The notes under the pieces are model-generated. The model was not told where the DNA came from and searched no databases. It worked only from the letters and a program-made list of their open reading frames with translations. Positions 38,771 to 52,786 of a DNA stretch of 64,000 nucleotides are shown here, in pieces. A program made the position numbers and the translations under genes. Within the stretch, counting starts at the first letter, position 1. Each line of letters starts with the position of its first letter. The DNA is from the human T2T-CHM13v2.0 reference genome, Homo sapiens: NCBI RefSeq assembly GCF_009914755.1, contig NC_060928.1. One strand, given 5' to 3'.

Positions 38771-41700
38771 TATATATATATATATATATATATATATGGA
38801 ATACATGAGATATGTATGCAGGCATGTGGTGTGTAATAATCAAATGAGATATCTCTAACCTCAAGCTTTTATCCTTTCTTTGTGTTACATACAATTCAAT
38901 TATGCTCTTAGTCATTTCAAATGTACAAATTAGTGTTGACTGTAGCCACCCTGTTGTGCTATCAAATACTAGACCTTACTCACTTTATAGAATGATATTA
39001 TTGTATCTATTAACCATCCCCATTCTCCCAGCCCCAGTACCCTTCTTGGACTCTTGTAACCATTATTCTACTCTGTATCTTCATGAGTTAAATTGTTTTA
39101 ATTTTTAACTCCCACAATTAAGTGTGAACATGCGAAGTTTGTCTTTCTGTGCCTGGCTTATTTCACTTAACATAATTACCTCCAGTGTCATCCATATTGT
39201 TGCAAATGAGAGGATCTCAATCATTTTTATGGCTGAGTAGTACTCCATTGTGTTAATGTACTACATTTCCTTTATCCATTTGTTTTTGATAGACACATAA
39301 GTAGCTTCCGTATCTTGGATATTGTGAATAGTGCTGCGAAAAATATGGGAGCGCAGATATCTCTTTGATATACTATTATAACTTCCTTTCCTAGCAGTGG
39401 AATTTATGGATCAAATGAGTTTTAGTTTTTTTGAGGAATCATCAAACTGTTCTCCATAGGGGTTGTACTAATTTACGTTCCTACCAATAGTGTACTAGTG
39501 TTCCCTTTTCTCCATATCCTTGCCAGCATTTGTTACTGAATGTCTTTTAGATAAAAACCATTTTAACTGGGGTGAGAAAATATCTCATTGTAGTTTTGAT
39601 TTGCATTTCTCTAATGACCAGTGATGTTGAGCACTTTTCATATATCTGTTTGGCAACTATACCTTTTCTTTTGAGAAATATCTACTCAAATCTTTTGCCC
39701 ACTTTTAAGGTGTATTATCAGATTTTTTTCCTATGGAGTTGTTTTGAGTTCCTTATATATTCTGGTTATTAATCCTTTGTCTGATGCAGTTTGTACTTAC
39801 TTTTCCCCATTCTGTAGGAAGTTTCTTCACCTGGTTGACTGTTTTCTTTGCTGTGCAGAAATATTTTAATTTGATATGATTCCTTTTGTCCATTTTTGCT
39901 TTGGTTGCCTGTGTTTGTGGTATATTCCACAAGAAATCTTTGCCTATTCTAATGTCCTGGGGAATTTTCTCAACATTTTCTGTTAGTAGTTTCAAAGTTT
40001 GAAGTCTCAGATTTAAGTATTTAATCCATTTTTATTTGATTGTTGTATATTGTGTAAGATAGAGGTCTAGTTCCATTCTTCTGCATATGGATATCCAGCT
40101 TTCCCAGCACCATTTATGGAAAAGGCTCTCCTTTCATCAATGTATGTTCTTGGCCCCTTTGTCAAAAAATGAGTTGAGTGTAGATGTAAGAATTTGTTTC
40201 TGGGTTGTCTATTCTGTTCCATTGCTCTATCTGTCTGTTTTTATGCCAGTGCCTTACTGTTTTTATTACTATAGCTCTGAAACATAATTTAAAGTCAGGT
40301 AATGTGATTCCTCCAGTTTTGTTTTTTTTTTTTCTTTTACTCAGGATTGCTTTGGCTTTTCTGGGTCTTTTGTGGTTCCACATAAATTTTAGGATAGTTT
40401 TTTCTATGTCTGTGAAGACTGCCATTGGTTATTTTGATAGGAATTGCATCAAATCCATGGATTGCTTTAGGTAGTATGGACATTTTAATAATATTGTTTT
40501 TTCAATCTATGAACATGGAATATATTTCCATTTTTTATGTTCTTTTCAATTTCTTGCATCAGTGTTTTATGGTTTTCATTGTAGAGATCTTTCACTTCCT
40601 TGGTTAATTCCTAGGTATTTGATTTTATTTGCAACTATTATAAATGGGATTATTTTCTGGATTTATTTTTCAGATTGCTCACTGTTGACATATAGAAATA
40701 CTATGGATTTTTATATTGACTTTGTATCCTGCAACTCACATAATATGAGTTTGGAAGTATTCCCTCCTCCTAATTTTTCAGAATAGTTTGAGTAGGACTG
40801 GTGTTAATTCTTCTTTAAATGTTTGATAGAGTTCAGCAGCGAAGCCAGTGGGTCCTGGGTTTTTTTCTTGGATATTTTTTATTACATCTTTGATCTTGGT
40901 ACTTGTAATTGGCCTGCTAAGGTTTTGGGTTTCTTTGTGGTTCAATCTAGTAGGATGTATGTGTCTGTGAACTTACCTACTTATTTTAGGTTTTCCAATT
41001 TATTGGTATATAGTTGCTCATAGTAGCCTCTAGTCATCCTTTGAATTTCTGAATCATCAGTTATAATGACTCATTTTTCATCTCTGATTTTATTTATTTG
41101 GTTTTCTCTCTTTTTTGCTTCATTAGTCTGTCTAAAGTTCTGTCAATTTTATTTATCTTTTCAAGATACAAACTTTATGTTTCATTGATCTTTTTTACTG
41201 TTTTCTTTGTTTTCTTTTCATTTATTTCTGCTCTGATCTTTATTACTTCTTCTACTAACTTTGGGTTTGGTTTGCTCTTGCTCTTCTAGCTCTTTAAGAT
41301 GCTTTGCTGGATTGTTTATTTGAAATTTTTCTACTTTCTTGATGTGGGCACTTACGGCCATAAATTTTCCTCTTAAGACTCCTTTTGCTATATCTCATAG
41401 GTTTTTACATGTTGTGTTTTCACTATCATTTGTTTCAAGAAATTTCTTAAATTTCCTTCTTAATTTCTTTATTGACACACTTGTCATTCAGAAGCCTGTT
41501 GTTTAATTTCTATGTGTTTGTATAGTTTTCAAAATTCCTCTTGTTACTGATTTTTAGTTTTATTCTATTGTGGTCAAAGATGATACTTGATATAATTTCA
41601 ATTGTTTTGAATTTTTACAGACGTGTTTGTGGCCTAACATATTGTCTATCCTTGAGAATCCATGTGCTTAGAAGAATAATGTGTATTCTGCAGCTGGTAG

Positions 41701-44625
41701 AGATAATGTTCTGTAAATATCTAAGGTTCATTTAGTCTATGGCAGATTAAGTTTGATGTTTCTTTGTTGATTTTCTGTCTAGATGATCAGTTCAATGTTA
41801 AAAGTGAGTGTTGAAGTCTCCAGCTATTACATTATTGTATTGGGGTATATCTGCCATTTTAGCTCTAATAACAGTTGCTTTATACATCTGGGTGCTCTAG
41901 AGTTGGATATACATATATATATATATATACATATACGCACACATATTTGTTATACCCCCTTGCTGAATTGATCTCTTTATCTCTTCTTTGTTCTTTTTAT
42001 AGTTTTTGTCTTGAAATCTATTTTGTCTAACTGTAGCCAATCCTGCTGTTTTTTGGTTTCCATTTGCATAAAACATCTTTTTTCGTACCTTTTTTTTCCA
42101 GTCTATATGTATCTTTACAGGTGAAGTGTGTATCTTTACAGGTGAAATGTGTATCTTGTAGACAACAGATCATTGGGTCTTGTTTTTTTGTTTATTTTAT
42201 TTTTTTTAATTCAGTCGTCTACTCTGTCTTTTGATTGGATAATTTAATCCATTTACATTCAAGGTTATCATTGATAAATAGAGACTTACCCCTGCCATTT
42301 TGTTATGTGTTTTCTGGTTGTTTTTTTAGGTTTTCTCTTCCTTTTTTCCTTCCTTTCTGTCTTCCTTTTAGTGAAGGTGTTTTTCTCTGGTGGTATGTTT
42401 TAATTTCTTGCTTTTAATTTTTTGTGTGTCTGTTGTAAGTTTTTTGATTTGAGGTTACTATGAGACTTGCAAATAATACCTTATAACCTATTATTTTAAA
42501 CTGTTGTTAACACTGATTGCATAAGCAAACAAACAAGCAAAGAGAAAATAAAAGTTATGCATTTTAATTCCTCCTCTTTTTAAACTTTTTGTTGTTTCTG
42601 TTTATATCTTATTATTGTATTGTGTCTTAAAAAGTTGCTGCAGTTATATTATTTGATAGACTTATCCTTTAGTGCTTTTACTCAATATATGAGTAGTTTA
42701 CACATGACGATTACAGTGATATAATATTCTGTGTTCTTAATATGTTTTTCTGTGTGCTTACTATTACCAGTGACTTTGTAACTTCATATGATATTTTCTC
42801 ATTAACATACTTTTCTTTCAGATTGAAGAACTCCCTTTAGCCTTTCTTATAGGACATATGTGGTGTTGATAACATTCCTCAGCTTTTGTTTTTCTGGGAA
42901 GGTCTCTATTTTTCCTTCATGATTGAAATGTATTTTCACCAGATTTGCTATTCTAGGATAAATTTCCTTCAGCACTTTAAACATGTCATGCCAATCTCTC
43001 CTGTCTTTTAAGATTTCCACTGAGAAGTCTGATGCCATACATATTGGAGACCTATTGTATGTTATTTGTTTCTGTTTTCTTGCTGCTTTTAGGATCCTTC
43101 CTTTATCCTTGACCTTTGGGAGTTTGATTATTAAATGTTTTGAAGTAGTGTTATTTGAGGTAATTCTGCTTGATGTTCTATAAGCTTCTTGTACTTGAAT
43201 AATATCTTTTTCTAGTTTGGGAAGTTCTCTGTTATTATCCATTTGAATCAAATTTCTACCCGTAGCTCTCTCTCTATATCTCCTCTTCAAGGCCAATAAC
43301 TCAGATTTGCCCTTTTGAGGCTATTTTCCAGATCACGTAGGCATCCTTTGTTCTTTTTTAATTCTTTCTGATGTTTTTGTCCTATGACTGAATATTTTCA
43401 AATAGTCTGTCTTCAAGCTCACTAATTCTTTCTTCTGCTTGATCAATTCTGCTGTTAAGAAAGTCTGATGCATTCTTTAGTATGTCAATTGCATTTTTCA
43501 ACTCAAGAATTTCTGCTTGATTCTAGTTAATTATTTCAATATATTTGTTAAATTTATCTAATAGATTTCTGAATTCCTTCTCTGGGTTATCTTGAATTAA
43601 GTTGTGTTTCCTCAAGACAGCTATTTTGAAATTGTCATCTGAAAAGACACATAACTCTCTCTTTCCAGGATTGGTAACTGGTGCCTTATTTAGTTCGTTT
43701 AGTGAAGTCATGTTTTCTTTTATGGTCTTGATTCTTATGGGTATTCATTGCTGTCTGGGCATTCAACAGTTAGGTATTTATTGTAGTCTTTGTGGTTGGC
43801 TTGTTTGTACCTGTCCTTCAGGGAAAGGATTTCAAGGTATTCAAAGAGACCTTGGTGTTGTGATCTAAATTTTTGGTCACTGCAGCCACATCTGCATTAG
43901 AGGGCATCCCAAGTCCAGTAATGCTATGGCTCTTGCAGATTCATGGAGATACTGCCTTGGTGGTCTCAGATAATTTCTGGAAGAATTCTCTGGATTACCA
44001 GGCAGAGGCTCTTCTTCTCTTCCCTCAACTTTCTCTGAAACAAACAGAGTCACTCTTTGTGTGCTGAGGTGCCTGGAGCTGGGGGTGGAGTGACACAAGC
44101 ACCTCTGTGGCTACCACCAGTTGGACTGTACTGAGTCAGACCCAAAGACAGTACAGCACTGGTGCCTTATTTACTTTGCCCAAGGCCCACAGTAACCACT
44201 GCCTGGCTACCTGCCTGTGTTCACTCATTTCTTTAGGGCGCCACCATCAGCCTGTGGCAAATCCAGCCAGGCTTATTTCCTTCCCTTCAGGGCGGCAAGT
44301 TCCACTGGTCCCAGACAGGTCCAGAGATGACATCCAGGAGCCAGGGCCTGGAGTCAGAAACTTCAGGAATCTACCTGGTGTTCTATTCTACTGTGACTGA
44401 GCTGGCACTCAAGCCACAAAACAAAGCCCTTCCTACTCTTCTCTGTCCTTTCCACAAACAGAGGAGTCTCTTCCCTAGGCCCCAGGCCAATGGTGAGTAC
44501 CACCTGGCTACCCCAGATGTTCACTCAAGGCCCCAGGCTACTTCAGTCACCTTGTGGTAAATGCTGCTGGGCCATGACTCTCCATTCAGGGCAGTGGGCT
44601 CTAGCCCAGTGCATGTTCAGAAATG
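38771..44625 (-). mobile_element. Near full-length degenerate L1 (L1MA-type 3' end), same strand as KCNIP4, with an internal ORF2 deletion near 40740
   Basis: L1MA 3'UTR at 38800-39120; ORF2 remnants (40162-40425 [22 protein letters not shown]...GITLPDFKL; 39753-39995); ORF1 remnants (42847-43296 HLIIKLPKVKDKGRILKAARKQKQITY; 43523-43711); 5'UTR-like GC-richer 43750-44620; degenerate TSD tgaaaaatggcatctctt / tgaaaaaactgcatttctt. Confidence 0.95.
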
Positions 44626-45049
44626 AAAAAACTGCATTTCTTGAGAGCAAAGTATCTTTGCCTTCTTTGGTATTTAAGTTATCACAAGTATATACTAGGC
44701 TTCCTCAGTCTTGCAAAAGCAAAAAATAAACCTAACATCTGAATAATTTCAATAAGTGCTAAGTCTGTGTAAAACAATGCATGCACATAATAATGACTTT
44801 ATGCCTTCTACGATTGTATGCTGACTGATAAATAATACTGACAACTAATATACAACATTTAATTATCTACAATATTAAAAAATACTGTTTTATATACTTC
44901 CAAGAGGATACGGAAAAACATACACAGTTTCCATACTTATTGAACTTATGACTGTACTGGCAGGCAGGATATGAATGCATGAAAATATAAAAATAATCAA
45001 GTTTTAAATACCTATTTGAGATTTTCTTTTCAATAGATTTTACTCTACT

Positions 45050-45400
45050 AATATTTATGGAATACTTACTACACATCAGAGCTTGTGTTAGGTATCAGTA
45101 TACAAGAAATAATACAATGAGGTTATTTCTTTCAAGAACTCCACCATCTAGAAGGGGAGGAAAACTTTCAAACACACAGTTCCAAAACATCATCAGCAGT
45201 ACAGAGAACGGTATATGGTGCTATGGAATTCAGATAAGGAAAGCCTTAATTCTGCTGACAGTGGGTCTGAAGGTTTATCAAGGAAGGCTTCCCAAAGGAG
45301 GTGAGACTCACATTAGGTCTTGAAGAATGAGAGTTTCCCAGGCCAAAAAGAAAGAGCACTCCAAGAAGAGGGGATATTACATACAATACCATGCAGGTAG
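45050..45400 (-). mobile_element. Degenerate L2
   Basis: aatatttatggaatacttactac...tgtgttaggta...caaggaaggcttcccaaaggaggtgagac...ggtcttgaagaatgag. Confidence 0.65.
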
Positions 45401-47184
45401 AAAGATTATCGAAGAGGGTGACAGACTGGGATAATTATGATAAGCATTGTTAGCCTAATTACTGTTATTCAATGGGGAAGATGATATAAAAACAACCTAA
45501 AAATGTCAATTTTACATTTTTTCAGGTCTACCAGCTTGTCAGTATAAATTGAGATGAGCTCAAGGCCTCCTTAAGTAGAATCTTAACATGGCAACTAACA
45601 TATTAACAGGTTTCCCGTTCATTACCGTAGGATAATTCATTAAAAAACAATGTATTCAGACTTCATAAGCAAAAGCATACCTTCCTCTTTAGTCTAGTAT
45701 ATCTAATTATATGAGGACTGCTATTAACATTAAATAAATCATCTAATAGATAATTTAAATGTGCAGTAGTGTTCAAAAGCAAGTCTACTTTTTCAAAAGT
45801 AATCATAATTGCAGCAGAGGCATCACGAAATATTTGATTAGTACAACGCTAAGGAGTGAGAATCATTTCTTACAAATGTACAATTAAAGAAGTTGTCAAT
45901 TATAGCATAAATTGATCAGCATGTATATGATACAAAAACATGTTAACCCGAATAAGTTTAGACTATCAGAACTACTGTTGTGAAATATTCCTTTGAAGCA
46001 TTGACTGTAAAGAACACAGTGGAATCAAAGTTATAAGAGCTATAGATAATAACATTTATAGTTACAGAATTCTGATTATATGAATTCCATGAATTAAACG
46101 TTGCACCATCCACTTTCATACAAAAACAAACTGGATAAATGAGTGATGACATTCATTTTGCCAGTTTACAAGGTACAGAAAAGCTTTGTGTATTAATTCT
46201 GTCAATGAGAAAATAATAAATAATTTTGTATTTAATCCTATTTGAATTTAATTGAAACCCTATAGAGCATTCCGCGTGAATGGTTTTCAACAAAAAAGTG
46301 ATGTCCTTAAAGAATAAGGAGCTTAACTTCCTCTTCAAACATAAGAAGCAGTGCCATTGAACTTGCTTACTCTTACCTCAAGTGAATGATTACCTCTTGC
46401 AAATGAATTTTAGCAGAATTTTCCAACTCCAGCCTCAGTTGTTTCTTTTTGCTATTTGTTTTGTTGCTTTTTGAAATAAAGCTTCTCTTCCTTGTGCTTT
46501 GCCCATCACTTGTGGCAGGAATCAATGGTACCCTAAAGATACCGACTCATTGGTGCAGAAAGCTAAAACCTGCCCCTTTAAAGCCCAACCTGGATCAGGA
46601 CCGAAATTAAATAGGATTAACTCCTAATTTGTTCCTGTGTCCTACTCTTCTATTGACTGTTTCCCAGTCCCTAATAGTTGTCCTTGTTCATGTGTAAGAC
46701 ACTGTGTCCTCTTCTTCCTTAGTTAATTGAGTCTTTCGTTTTGACTTTCTATTCTCAACTTTGACTATTTTTTTTTGCTCTGTGGGCTAAAACTAATATG
46801 CAGATACAGTTTTCCCTTCCTGATCTCAATAGTTCATAGTTTCTATTGAGCAGCTTATACTACATGTCACTTCAGAGCAATTTCCTTTAATGCTTTTATG
46901 AAATTTCCCTCAAGATGCTTTTTAAAATTTATTTTGTGTCTTCCTTCCCTTCCTTTCTTCCCTTGTTCTCCCTCTCTCTCAATCCTTGCAAACACATAAA
47001 CACATATACTTTTACTACATTATCATGTTCCTGTTGATATTGTCTCTAGGAATTTCATATGCAAGTATATATTTTGTATCTCATTTTGACAACATGAAAT
47101 CTATGCACAAGGAGTCATCTATTTCCTTTGCCCAGAAGCGGGGGCCCAGTAAATTGTATTGAGTAAGCAAAATTGTTTGGCTCA

Positions 47185-47265
47185 TTTATTCACTAGTTTG
47201 CTCATTCATTCAACAGATATTTATTAAGTGTTTGATATGTGTCAGGTCTTATACTAAGTGCTGAA
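47185..47265 (-). mobile_element. L2 3' tail
   Basis: cattcattcaacagatatttattaagtgtttgatatgtgtcaggtc...ctaagtgctg. Confidence 0.65.
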
Positions 47266-47999
47266 TTCAATAATCAATATCGTCACAAGAAATATTTTAT
47301 GATATTTCACTTTCTCTGCCTTACATATGTCCTTTTTATGGAACATTCTCTTCTACCTTGTTTTTCTAGCAATTTCTGCTCATCTATCATGATTCAACTT
47401 AAATACTAGGTTTTCCATGAAATGTCTTCTAACCTTTAGACGTTTATCAGTTTCTTGTCTTTGCTGGCATCCTAGAATATGGGATGTTTCAGATTTCACA
47501 GTAATTATAAATTCACATGTCTGTTTCCTCCCAATTAGACTCACTTTGTGGGAAGAGACATGATCTCTTCCCCAGTACTTGTAACAATGCATGGCACATA
47601 GTAGGTCCTTAGTCATTTGTATACATGATAATAAGAGCATCTATGTGTACAAAATTTAGTAGAAAGTCAACATCCAGCAGTTTAATAGCATTATTCATAA
47701 TCAATCCCAAAACAAGTGATTCCAAGGATCTATAAAATTTTAAAAGCTAGTGTTAATCCAGACAAGTTTATTTACATAAAATGGAATCAGAAGCAGCAAA
47801 CTTGATTGCCCCGTCCTCTAGAATATAACCTATTCAGAAGCCCATTGGAACTTTATATTAACCCCTCTGTTGGGACCAGATAGATACTATAAGCTAATTA
47901 ATATGGTATATTATACGGAAATTAATCCAAGGATTCTGATTTTTTTTTATTGTTAGAATGAAACATCCCCAACAATTTGCCTATGCCCATTACTATTTT

Positions 48000-49010
48000 T
48001 ATGGTGATGACTCCAGATTTACACCTCCAACAGCATTCCAAGTCTCTTATCCATCTCAATGGATAAGACATGGGACCAGTTATGTCCCATGGAATAACTC
48101 AGAGATATTGTAAACATTATCTGTTTAAAAGAGAACTGTCAATTCTACCTTCAAACCTCCCTTCAATCCCCTCTCTGTAAATGGCACTGTCCAACATCTC
48201 AAGTCAGAAACACAGGCACAGCAACCCTGACTTGGTCTTGATTCCACTTTTTCTATCTCCACTCTCATCCAATCCTTAACAAGCCCTGCTGTCTTCATCC
48301 CAAGTAGATTAAACCCTTCTCTCCATTTCCTGTAATGTATTACATCAGTGGAGAGTCCCATTTCTTCCTGTGTTTAGTACTGAAACAACTTCATATCTGT
48401 CCTCCTTGTTTCTGATCCTGCTGTTTCCAATTCAAAGCGTTTCTTAAAATGTGTACTATATCATACTGTTCCTCAAAACAATCCAGTGACTTCCAATTTT
48501 ATTTAGAATAAAATTTCAAATTCTTTTTATGGTTTATCAAGTATTACCTGCCTCTCTAATTGTTCTTACAATGTTTCAGCTTCAATTATTTTCTTTGAAC
48601 TCCTGTAACACACCAAGGTCTTTACCAGCTCGGAGCCTTTGCACAAGCTGTTCTTTCTTCCTGAAATGCTGTTTCCCTGAAGTCCTTTCATTATTGGTTC
48701 TTTCTTAGCATTTGGACCTCTGTTCATATTATCTGGTCATGCTCTTGAAATAGATGTCCCTTCAATCCCACAGAAACATGTAATTTTTCCATTTTTGATA
48801 ATTTGATTGCTTCTTAATTCTCAACAGAATTGGTGATTTTGCTTTAATAATACTTGTCTTTATTCATGTCTTACTTGTTTTCCCTCCTAGAGTATAAATT
48901 TTTTTTAGGCAAGTACTCTGCCTCCCTCGTAAGTCTTTTTACCCCCAGGGACCAGTATGGAGTAAAGCATCTAAAAAAATGTGTGTTGACAAGCAAATGT
49001 GATAAAATAA
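48000..49010 (+). mobile_element. L2 (long degenerate 3' portion)
   Basis: gatgactccagatttacacctcc...ctctgtaaatggcactgtcc...gcctttgcacaagctgttctttcttcctgaaatgct. Confidence 0.7.
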
Positions 49011-49759
49011 AATAACCTAAAATTAAAAAAAAATCAGTAAGCCTTAATTGAACAACTACTTTCTGCACACAGATATATCTATAAATTCATAGACCTTTAA
49101 TATTCACAATAGCACTGTAAGGTACGTTGTATCATTCTCATTTAATTAATGTGAAAAGCAAGTTTCTCAAAGTGTTAGTACAACTTTTGGATTTTAATGT
49201 AAGTTCCTGAATCTAATCCCAGTCTTTTGTATTTTTTCGTTCTATACTCCCAAAGCCATAATTTAATTTAAATATAGTTTTTACCTCTTGCTGACATTTA
49301 ACCATTAAATTTTTTTCCACCAGTTAAATTAAAAAGAAAAAAAAAAGTCCATGGCAATACATACTGGCATTCTGTCTTTGAAAACAACCAAAAAAAAATC
49401 AATAAAAATCTTCTACATAAACCTGCCGTAATAAATTAAAGATGTGTTAAAAGGAAAGAATGGATGCTTCTGTTGATAAGGATCATGGCCAGTGGCCAAA
49501 AGGCAATCTTCTGCTGTTCTTTAATAACTCGGTGCAAAAACTTCGGAAATTTTTATACCACTACTCTATCATAGCACTTTAGTAATAGATTACAGGAAGT
49601 AATAAGCATGTTATTTTCCTAAGTGTGCTAAATTGTGAAACAAAGAGTTCTTCATCCAAGTGCCTACTGTCTGTTGCAAAGCCAGTTTAAGAAACCAGCT
49701 ACAAAAACTCATCTTTTTTTTTAAATCCAATAATCATTCATAGAACACCTAACTGGCAG

Positions 49760-49985
49760 GCAGTGGCATGGTGGTTGAGAGTTAAAGCTCAGAAATCAAG
49801 GGTTCAAGTCTCTCCTCCACTCTGTGCCAGCTGTATGACACTGAATAAATTATTCCTTTTTCTCATTATTAAAATAGAGTTAATAATAATGTCTATCTGA
49901 TAGGGTCATGGGGGGAATAAAAGGGTGAAATGATTAAAATGCCCACTATGTACTAAGATCTCCAAAAAAATAATGTTAACTTTGG
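49760..49985 (+). mobile_element. MIR
   Basis: ggcagtggcatggtggttgagagt...gggttcaagtc...agctgtatgacactg. Confidence 0.7.
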
Positions 49986-50134
49986 CTTCAGAATGATGTG
50001 TTCTGAGGGGCATAAGTTTATGATACTCTGGGTGTTGAGAATATAAGTATTATGGAAGGGAGAGCAAGGTACCCGGCAGAGTGAATGGAGTTAAATAACC
50101 TTAAGGTCTTTTAGGAACAAGCTATTCCCTTACC

Positions 50135-50665
50135 ATTTTTTAAAATAGCTTTTTTTGAGGTACAATTTGCACATCATAAAATTTACCCACTTAAGTGTAC
50201 AACTGAATGATTTTTAGGAAATTTACAGGGTTATATAACCATCACCAAAATCTAACATCAGAATGTTTTCATTGCCTCAAAAAGATTCCTCATGCTTACT
50301 TACAGTAACAGCCGTTCACACCCCCACCCCAGGCAAACACTAGTCTACATTCTGTCTCTGTAGATTTGCCTCTTCTGGATATTTTATATAAATTGTATTA
50401 TACAGTATGTGATCTTTTGTGTGTGACTTCTTTCAGATCATATAATGTGAAAGTCCAACTCTGTGGTAGCATGTCTCAGTTTGCTTCTATTGCTACATCA
50501 TGTTCCATTCTGTCAATATAATACATTGTTTTGATCAATCACCAGTTGACAGACTCTGGAGTTGTTTCTAGATTTTGACTTCGACAAATCATGCTAGTAG
50601 AAACATTTGTATACAAGTCTTTTTCTACACCTGTGTTTTCATTTCTCTTCAGTACATTCCCAGGA
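50135..50665 (-). mobile_element. Old L1 (L1MB/MC/ME-type) 3' fragment
   Basis: aatagctttttttgaggtacaatttgcacatcataaaatttacccacttaagtgtacaac...tctgtctctgtagatttgcctcttctggatatt. Confidence 0.8.
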
Positions 50666-51449
50666 GCTCTCCTTTTCCATTTTATAGGAAAGCTCTGCCC
50701 CTGAAAGACCCCAGTGCAACTTGTTGGAAGTGGGTAGAGTTCTAATTCCAACTCACCAGTAACTACTGAGTAGTCAGCTCACACAATTTAGTAGGAAAAA
50801 AAAATACACATCAGTTCTTGTCTCTGCCCTTTTTCCCCTAAATCCCCTTGTGACTTTGGAAGATAACTGGACCTCATAGCATCTCGGCATCTTAACTTGT
50901 GAACCAACGGCTGCAACTAGATGTTCTCTGAACTCTCTTTTACCTTAAAAAACTTATAATGCTCTTAGTAACTAAAATTTTATAAAGAAATCCAGAAAGC
51001 ACAATCAATGGATTATCTCCCTTGCCCCTGAAATTTTCTGGGCATAGCCAGCACATAGCACAGTCACAAAAAAATATGATACCGAAAGCATTTGAATATT
51101 GTCTATTGCATGCAGAATCCAGGATTTACCAGTTGCCACCTTACACGTGCCTGTTTTGCTCTTAAAATTCTTGCATATCACTGTATTTATCTGTCCACAT
51201 TTTGCTAAGGCAGTTATTTTGTTCAGAGTTAAGTGGGCATAAAACAAACATTAGTACAAGAAAATAGGTGGATTGTTTTAATAAACATTTAAAAAGTATA
51301 AATCCAAGTAACTACTGTTACCTCCAAAATAGTCACCTCACTGGATTTACATTTCTTTATTCTGATATCACTCAGAGTATACTTGGATATTTCCCTTTGG
51401 AACTGCCCTCCAAACTAGTGGTATAGCCAGTTTCTAAAATTAATTTTCA

Positions 51450-52200
51450 AACCTTATTATGAAATGTTTAGCTTGTAGAAAGAAGTATAAAGAATAATAC
51501 AACAAGCATGCATGTACCAATCACAAAGCTTTAAAATAATTGATTACCGATGCTCTGGGGTCTATTAGTACCCTCTCTACTTTCTCTGTCCTTATCTCCA
51601 ATAATTTCTGCACTTAAGCATGACTGTCCTCACACATATATTTATATTTTTTTGCATGTGGATGTTACCCTATGTAATATATGATATTGCTTTCCTAGTT
51701 TGAATATTTATATAAATCGTATCAAAATGGTATCAAACTATATGTATTATTTATCAGTTTGCTGGATTCACTCAATATCATGTTTGGTGAATTTATTTAC
51801 ATTGATACGTGAGTTCTAATTCGATATTCACCTTGTATAACATTAAATTTTTAATAAACCACAATTATTTATCCTATTTCCTATTGATATATATTTAGAT
51901 GATATCTAGTATTTTGCTACCACAAACACTTTAGCTGTAAACATTCTTGTATCTATCTTCTCTGTGTACTTACTGAGGGGTTCCCTAGAGTTACCTTTAC
52001 CTAGAGTTTCATTACCTAGGAATGAAATTTCCAGATACTGAGAAATGAACACCTTCATTTTTACTAATTACTACTGCATTTTCTCCAAACTACACCCATT
52101 TTTATTCTATTCATCAAGGTATAAAGCTCCCATTTGTGCACATCTCCCCAAAACTCAGTACTGTTAGACATTTTAATTTTCCCAGTTGCCAATTTGATTC
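51450..52200 (-). mobile_element. Old L1ME-type fragment
   Basis: aatatttatataaatcgtatc...ccacaattatttatcc...acctaggaatgaaatttcc. Confidence 0.6.
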
Positions 52201-52730
52201 TTAAATATCAAATTTAACCAACAATACATGACTATGTCCTCTGAATATACCTCTGTGCTTGGTTCTGTGTGGAATGCAAAACATGATATAGTGGCAGTAC
52301 TACTGAAATTGGAGGAACCAAAAATTGAGCCCTCACTCCTGCCGTCTGTGAAAACCTGAGCAAGTTGTTTAACCTCTTCAAGTCTCAGTTTCTTCATCTG
52401 TAATATGAAGGGATGGACAGGAAAAATTTTCAAGCTCCTTTCACCTTCCGTCCTACTTGACTTTATGATGCTCTCTGGGAGCTTATAAGACTGGAGGAGA
52501 TGCAAAACACACATACGCAACTTTAACAGCACACCTAAATATACGTGTAGAAGGTACTGGGAGAACACAGCACACAGGATCTAAATAGGGGTGAGGAAGA
52601 AACTAGAAAGGTTTCACCAAGCAGATTGAATGAGATTCACCAAGATGGTATGGATGGAATGGAGGAAAGACATTTAAGGAGAGGAAAGAGCATGGCAGGT
52701 GGGGTCGTAAAAGAAGACAGTGAAGGGAGA

Positions 52731-52786
52731 GGGGCAAGGATAGGGAAAGGGGCAAGGATATGGAGAGAGGCAAGGATAGGGAGAAG
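52731..52786. repeat. 18-bp x3 minisatellite (ggcaaggata core)
   Basis: ggggcaaggatagggaaa / ggggcaaggatatggaga / gaggcaaggatagggaga. Confidence 0.8.

Noticed and set aside
42108-42155. 21-bp tandem duplication
   Set aside because: Ordinary slippage duplication inside the decayed L1.
42847-43296. 149-aa ORF resembling an RNA-binding protein
   Set aside because: Decayed L1 ORF1p fragment in a frameshifted element; not a host gene.
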